A stretch of 63,055 nt of DNA, filler included, from Asterionella formosa (Eukaryota): assembly GCA_002256025.1 (NCBI GenBank). It is 8 parts of 8 records of this genome, joined end to end, with 100 filler letters (N's around TTAATTAATTAA, not from the genome) between each part and the next. Parts side by side here need not be neighbours in the genome. Positions count along the whole stretch, not along the records: positions 58,031 to 59,639 come from NKIB01001755.1; positions 59,740 to 61,347 come from NKIB01001756.1; positions 61,448 to 63,055 come from NKIB01001757.1; 5 more parts are not named here. One strand, 5' to 3'. Under the pieces are notes generated by a model, which saw only the letters and a list, made by a program, of their open reading frames with translations, was not told the DNA's origin and made no database searches. Shown here piece by piece: positions 58,529-63,055 of the stretch. Positions within the stretch are counted from its first letter, which is position 1; each line of letters begins with the position of its first letter. Made by a program: the position numbers and the translations under genes.

Positions 58529-59639
58529 GGGTCGTTCTTATCATTTTTTTTCGTGTATCACGGAATTTGAATTTTTTTGAAAATGTATCAGCAACGGTAA
58601 CTCGATTTGAACTGAATTTCATTCATTCCAAAAGTGTCACTGTATCACTAATTTGTGATCACATTGTATCATGGAGTAAAATGAATCTTCAACGGCAACT
58701 GGCTGGCGAAGATCATGTGTATATCCCTCCGGAATATAATGATGGTCTTGATATCAAGCAACAACAAAATATAATTACCGGGAGAATAAATATAATATTA
58801 AAAACACACATTTGCATGAATCATGTCGTCGCCATTTGATTTACTTGATGATAATGACGATGACAGTAGTGATCTTGATTTCTTCTTCCTCTGTCATTTA
58901 GCTAAGGAAGCAGAGGAAAAAGAACACTCATCCAAACGACAAAGGCGACGCTGTAAACGGCAGCTTCAGTCATCTGAACGACGACGACAACGAAGGCACA
59001 AGTGGCACCACGAAAGAATCTCCTGGCAATCACATGTCGAGAAACTCAATCACGAGATTGCTTTCGAGAAGACATACAGAATGTCACACAGAGCATTCAA
59101 AAAACTCACCTCCATGCTGGAAATTCAGATTGCAGGGAATTATTCCAAATGTGGCACTTCTGAGCCCATAATTCCCGAAATTGTGGTAGCCATTGGTTTG
59201 CGATGGCTGGCTGGTGGCAGTTACATCGACATTCGTCATGCCTACGGTTGTAGCATTGCTTCACTTTATCGATGTCGTGATTTGTTCATTGATGCTGTAC
59301 TAAACTGTGGAGAACTCGAAATTGTTTTTCCAAAAGAAAAAGAAGAATTTATCAAATTGGCTTCCAGCTTTGAATGCAAAAGCTCAGAGGGCATGATGAG
59401 AGGATGTGTTGGTGCTATTGACGGCTTCCTAGCCACCATCAACCGCCCGACTATAGTTGAAAGTGGCAACAACCCTGGTTCATTTTTTTCCGGTCACTAC
59501 ATGACTTATGGAATCAATGTCCAGGCTGTTTGTGATGCTGACTCAAGATTTATTTATTTTGGTGTAATTGCACCGGGAAAATGCAGTGACCAAGTAGCTT
59601 TTGAACGAACTTCCATTTTCGATCGAGTTGCAGCATTCA
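58529..59639 (+). mobile_element. PIF/Harbinger element 5' part with a HARBI1-like DDE transposase ORF (58823 to contig end)
   Basis: TAA|GGGTCGTTCTTATCATT TIR. ORF motifs YRMSHRAF, IGLRWLAGGSY, GCVGAIDG and FFSGHYMTYGINVQAVCDAD. Confidence 0.9.
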
Positions 59640-59739
59640 NNNNNNNNNNNNNNNNNNNNNNNNNNNNNNNNNNNNNNNNNNNNTTAATTAATTAANNNNN
59701 NNNNNNNNNNNNNNNNNNNNNNNNNNNNNNNNNNNNNNN

Positions 59740-60290
59740 ATCATCACCTTGTTGTTTTCATTATTATCAGCCAAGTTCGAAAGTGCTGCACAACAAAGGT
59801 ATTGAACTTTAGAATTGAATGAATGAGTTTTCATCGCAGACAGAATTGTAGTGATCCCTTCTGCTTTAGCAATTGTCACCTTGTTGTTGTCATTATTGTA
59901 AGAAAAGACAATAAGTGCTCTACAACCAGCTTCTTGCGCAAAAAAATTGGATGAATGAGTCTTCATCGCAGACAGAATCAAAATTATACCTCCTTCTTCA
60001 GCAATCGTCACCCTGTTCTTGTCATTATTAACAGCCAAGTTGCTAAGTGCACCACAACCATACTCTTGCACATCATCATTGGGGGAATGAGTCTTCATTG
60101 CAAACAGAATCGTAGTGATACCTTTTGCTTCAGCAATCGCCACCCTGTTCTTTTCATTCAAAGCCAAGTTCTGAAGTGCTGCACATCCATAGTGTTGCAT
60201 ATTGGTATTATATGGATGACTTCCATCTGAGACACAATCATAGCAGTACCTCCTTCATCATCAATCATCACCTGGTGGTTGTTGTCATTC
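59740..60290 (-). pseudogene. Armadillo-repeat tandem duplicate (copy B), frameshifted
   Basis: Near-identical to copy A but one repeat shorter. GACTTCC versus GACTTTCC near 60220 shifts the frame. No intact upstream ORF. Confidence 0.72.
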
Positions 60291-60537
60291 TCAGCCAACT
60301 TCCAACAACAATGTGATGATTGTTAAAGAAGATCATATAGAGAAAGCTATCAATGTTTAGAAAATATGATCCTACTTAGACTTTTCTTTCTTTTCTACGA
60401 AAATACAATTTGTAATAGATACAAAAAATATTAATCAATCCTCATAAATAAAACCATATTGACTACTTCCCATGTTGGGTCAATATGAAAGGTGCTCAAT
60501 AACCTTTTTCTTGCACACCAGCATTAAAAAAATGATT

Positions 60538-61347
60538 TTAAATAGCAGACTCAATTGCAACTTTTCCACCAGCATTGGAAATCATTGCCTGGTAGTTGTC
60601 ATTTTTATAAGCCAAATTCTGAAGTGCTGCACAACCATAGTGTTGCACATCCATATTAGAGGAATGATTATTCATCACAAACACAATTGCACTGATACCT
60701 CCTGCTGCAGCAATCATCACCTTGTTGTTTTCATTATTATCAGCCAAGTTCGAAAGTGCTGCACAACAAAGGTATTGAACTTTAGAATTGAATGAATGAG
60801 TTTTCATCGCAGACAGAATTGTAGTGATCCCTTCTGCTTCAGCAATTGTCACCTTGTTGTTGTCATTATTGTAAGACAAGACAATAAGTGCTCTACAACC
60901 AATTTCTTGCACACAAAAATTGGATGAATGAGTCTTCATTGCAGACAGAATCAAAGTTATACCTCCCTCTTCAGCAATCGTCACCCTGTTCTTGTCATTG
61001 TTAACAGCCAAGTTGCTAAGTGCACCACAACCATACTCTTGCACAGTAGCATTGGAGGAATGAGTATTCATTGCAGACAGAATCAAAATTATACCTCCTT
61101 CTTCAGCAATCGTCACCCTGTTCTTGTCATTATTAACAGCCAAGTTGCTAAGTGCACCACAACCATACTCTTGCACATCATCATTGGGGGAATGAGTCTT
61201 CATTGCAAACAGAATCGTAGTGATACCTTTTGCTTCAGCAATTGCCACCCTGTTCTTTTCATTCAAAGCCAAGTTCTGAAGTGCTGCACATCCATAGTGT
61301 TGCATATTGATATTAAATGGATGACTTTCCATCCGAGACACAATCAT
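60538..61347 (-). CDS. Armadillo-repeat protein, C-terminal part (copy A)
   Basis: About 44-aa repeats VQEYGCGALSNLAVNNDKNRVTIAEEGGI..ILSAMKTH. 5' end lost at the contig edge. Confidence 0.85.
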   Translation of the reverse strand: MIVSRMESHPFNINMQHYGCAALQNLALNEKNRVAIAEAKGITTILFAMKTHSPNDDVQEYGCGALSNLAVNNDKNRVTIAEEGGIILILSAMNTHSSNATVQEYGCGALSNLAVNNDKNRVTIAEEGGITLILSAMKTHSSNFCVQEIGCRALIVLSYNNDNNKVTIAEAEGITTILSAMKTHSFNSKVQYLCCAALSNLADNNENNKVMIAAAGGISAIVFVMNNHSSNMDVQHYGCAALQNLAYKNDNYQAMISNAGGKVAIESAI

Positions 61348-61894
61348 NNNNNNNNNNNNNNNNNNNNNNNNNNNNNNNNNNNNNNNNNNNNTTAATTAAT
61401 TAANNNNNNNNNNNNNNNNNNNNNNNNNNNNNNNNNNNNNNNNNNNNTAAACGACAAACACATATATTAATTAACATACTTTATGATTGCTTGATTTATA
61501 TTCTGTGATGTATCGATAACACTTGCGTACATATTTTATCGTATTTTATTGTCATTGTACTATTTTTACATGATAATATTTTGATCAAAATTATATCATA
61601 TATATTTCATAAAATCATCATAATTTTATGATCAATGTATCATGGCTATGTGATGTACTTTATATCAATATTACGTATCATACTTTGGTGATGTATGCAT
61701 CGATGTAACCTTATCATGATATCACAGTATCATCTTATCAATCATGATGAGATGATTGGGAAGCAACTGTATTCTGCATCGTGCTACAGGGTATATTATT
61801 ATATCACGCAATTTAGTAGCGAAGTCACTCTGCCTGTAATGTACTAAAGTCGACAGTGCACATACCGGGTACCGGTACTCAAACGCTAATCAGG

Positions 61895-62285
61895 TTTGAG
61901 GCAACGGACAGTGGTTCGAACGAGCGAATGATGATACCACGAGTACCAATTTTTCCAACGAAAGAACTTGTCTCTCTATTGATGAGGATGACACGGACAC
62001 CGACTTTTCCAGGAGCAAACGACAATGAAGAGACCCACTTGTCGCTCTATTGATGGTAACAAAGATGCGGACAAGCAAGTTCAACAGTGAATACAAGAAC
62101 AACATACCATTGAAAACAAGTCAACAGTGTGTGCACGCACACGCCAAGCAAGTTTGAGGCAACGGACAATTCCAACAAGCAAATGACGATACAGATATCA
62201 AATTCTTCCTACGAGCAAACAACAATGAAAAGAGCCACTTGCTTTCGCTCTCTTGATGGTATCAAAGATGCGGACAAGTTCAATA
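61895..62285. repeat. Imperfect two-copy repeat
   Basis: TTTGAGGCAACGGACA..GAGCAAAC.ACAATGAA..CCACTTG..TTGATGGT..CAAAGATGCGGACAAG starts at about 61895 and again at about 62153. Confidence 0.7.
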
Positions 62286-62639
62286 CTTAATTCAAGTACA
62301 GTATACCAAATGCAGAAACGAGCGAGCGATATGAAAATGAAATGCGTTCTAATCAGAATCATTCTATAACTATAGCTATGTGGACAGCAGTCTGTTACGC
62401 ACATTTTCGTATCTCCTTCTATGCTGAATCTCAATAGTAGATGTAGTATTATGTGAGAATTGAAAATGTCAACGAGAACAAGTACCGGTAGAATGTGTTT
62501 GTTTACGGGTTGATTGGCGAGACTGTCATGCTGAAGTGGACGAAACGGATATACTTTGTGCGCTGTGTGCGGAAACATTACGAGTTCGAATGGTTCCTTC
62601 TCTCCTGTAAACTCTTAATTGAATGATCATGAACAAAGG

Positions 62640-62990
62640 TTCACTGCACATGACGATTACTCGAAGGTATAAAGATCACTTGACCAACAAATTGAAGACG
62701 TTATCGCAAACATTCATTAGTTAAAAGGGAAATATTCAATTAGTAAATCAACACCAGTTGCACTACAATTGGTATAAAACATTGTCAAGATGTTAAGACA
62801 GGCGAGAATTGACTTCACTGCACATGACGATTACTCGAAGGTATTAAGATCACTTGACCAACAAATTGAAGACGTTATTGCAAACATTCATTAGTTAAAA
62901 GGGAACTATTCAATTAGTAAATCAACAACAGTTGCACTACAATTGGTATAAAACATTGTCAAGATGTTAAGACAGGCTAGAATTGACTTC
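62640..62990. repeat. About 174-bp near-perfect tandem duplication
   Basis: TTCACTGCACATGACGATTACTCGAAGG..AGAATTGAC occurs twice with few substitutions. Confidence 0.9.
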
Positions 62991-63055
62991 TTGAGGCATC
63001 TACAATTCAATTGGCGTCATCAACACCAATTGAATTGGCATTGACATGAATTTAA

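Noticed and set aside
62640..62990. CRISPR-like array (also 40062-40196 and 55332-55420)
   Set aside because: These are tandem duplications without unique spacers, and no cas genes are visible.
52899..63055. Retroelement + Harbinger + ARM-repeat genes as one multi-gene system
   Set aside because: Six separate contigs of about 1.61 kb, apparently ordered by length or name; no physical linkage is shown.

Overview
Eukaryotic nuclear DNA, most likely a diatom. Support: short GT-AG introns, bipartite plastid-targeting presequences with an ASAF-like cleavage motif, a DUF6824-type protein, an HSF and a nucleus-encoded DnaG primase. The window is not one locus. It is 8 contigs (26366, 26332 and six of about 1.61 kb) joined by an artificial 100-nt N44-TTAATTAATTAA-N44 linker, so adjacency across the gaps carries no biological meaning. 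Contig 1 (1-26366) encodes a PHD+PWWP protein, PfkB kinase, P5C dehydrogenase, OGG1, a plastid-type TPI::SMP-30/gluconolactonase fusion, an M3 peptidase, an HSF and a 1410-aa DnaG-type primase, plus a cluster of decayed elements (pogo, tyrosine recombinase, LINE, solo Copia LTR). Contig 2 (26467-52798) encodes THOC1, an MFS (HIAT1-like) transporter, an LRR membrane protein, a DUF6824 protein, a tandem IsdG/ABM protein and kinesin-13, plus pseudogene and transposon remnants. The small contigs are mostly TE pieces (Copia, Gypsy, PIF/Harbinger) and an ARM-repeat tandem array. The most notable signals are: (1) an intergenic GGTACCAGG/TACCTGG repeat motif that abuts six of the seven visible outer LTR ends, from two unrelated retrotransposon families; (2) the TPI-lactonase fusion; (3) the tandem IsdG-like plastid protein; (4) the greatly extended DnaG; (5) ARM-repeat copies that differ by a whole repeat unit. 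No CRISPR array, rRNA or tRNA could be supported.
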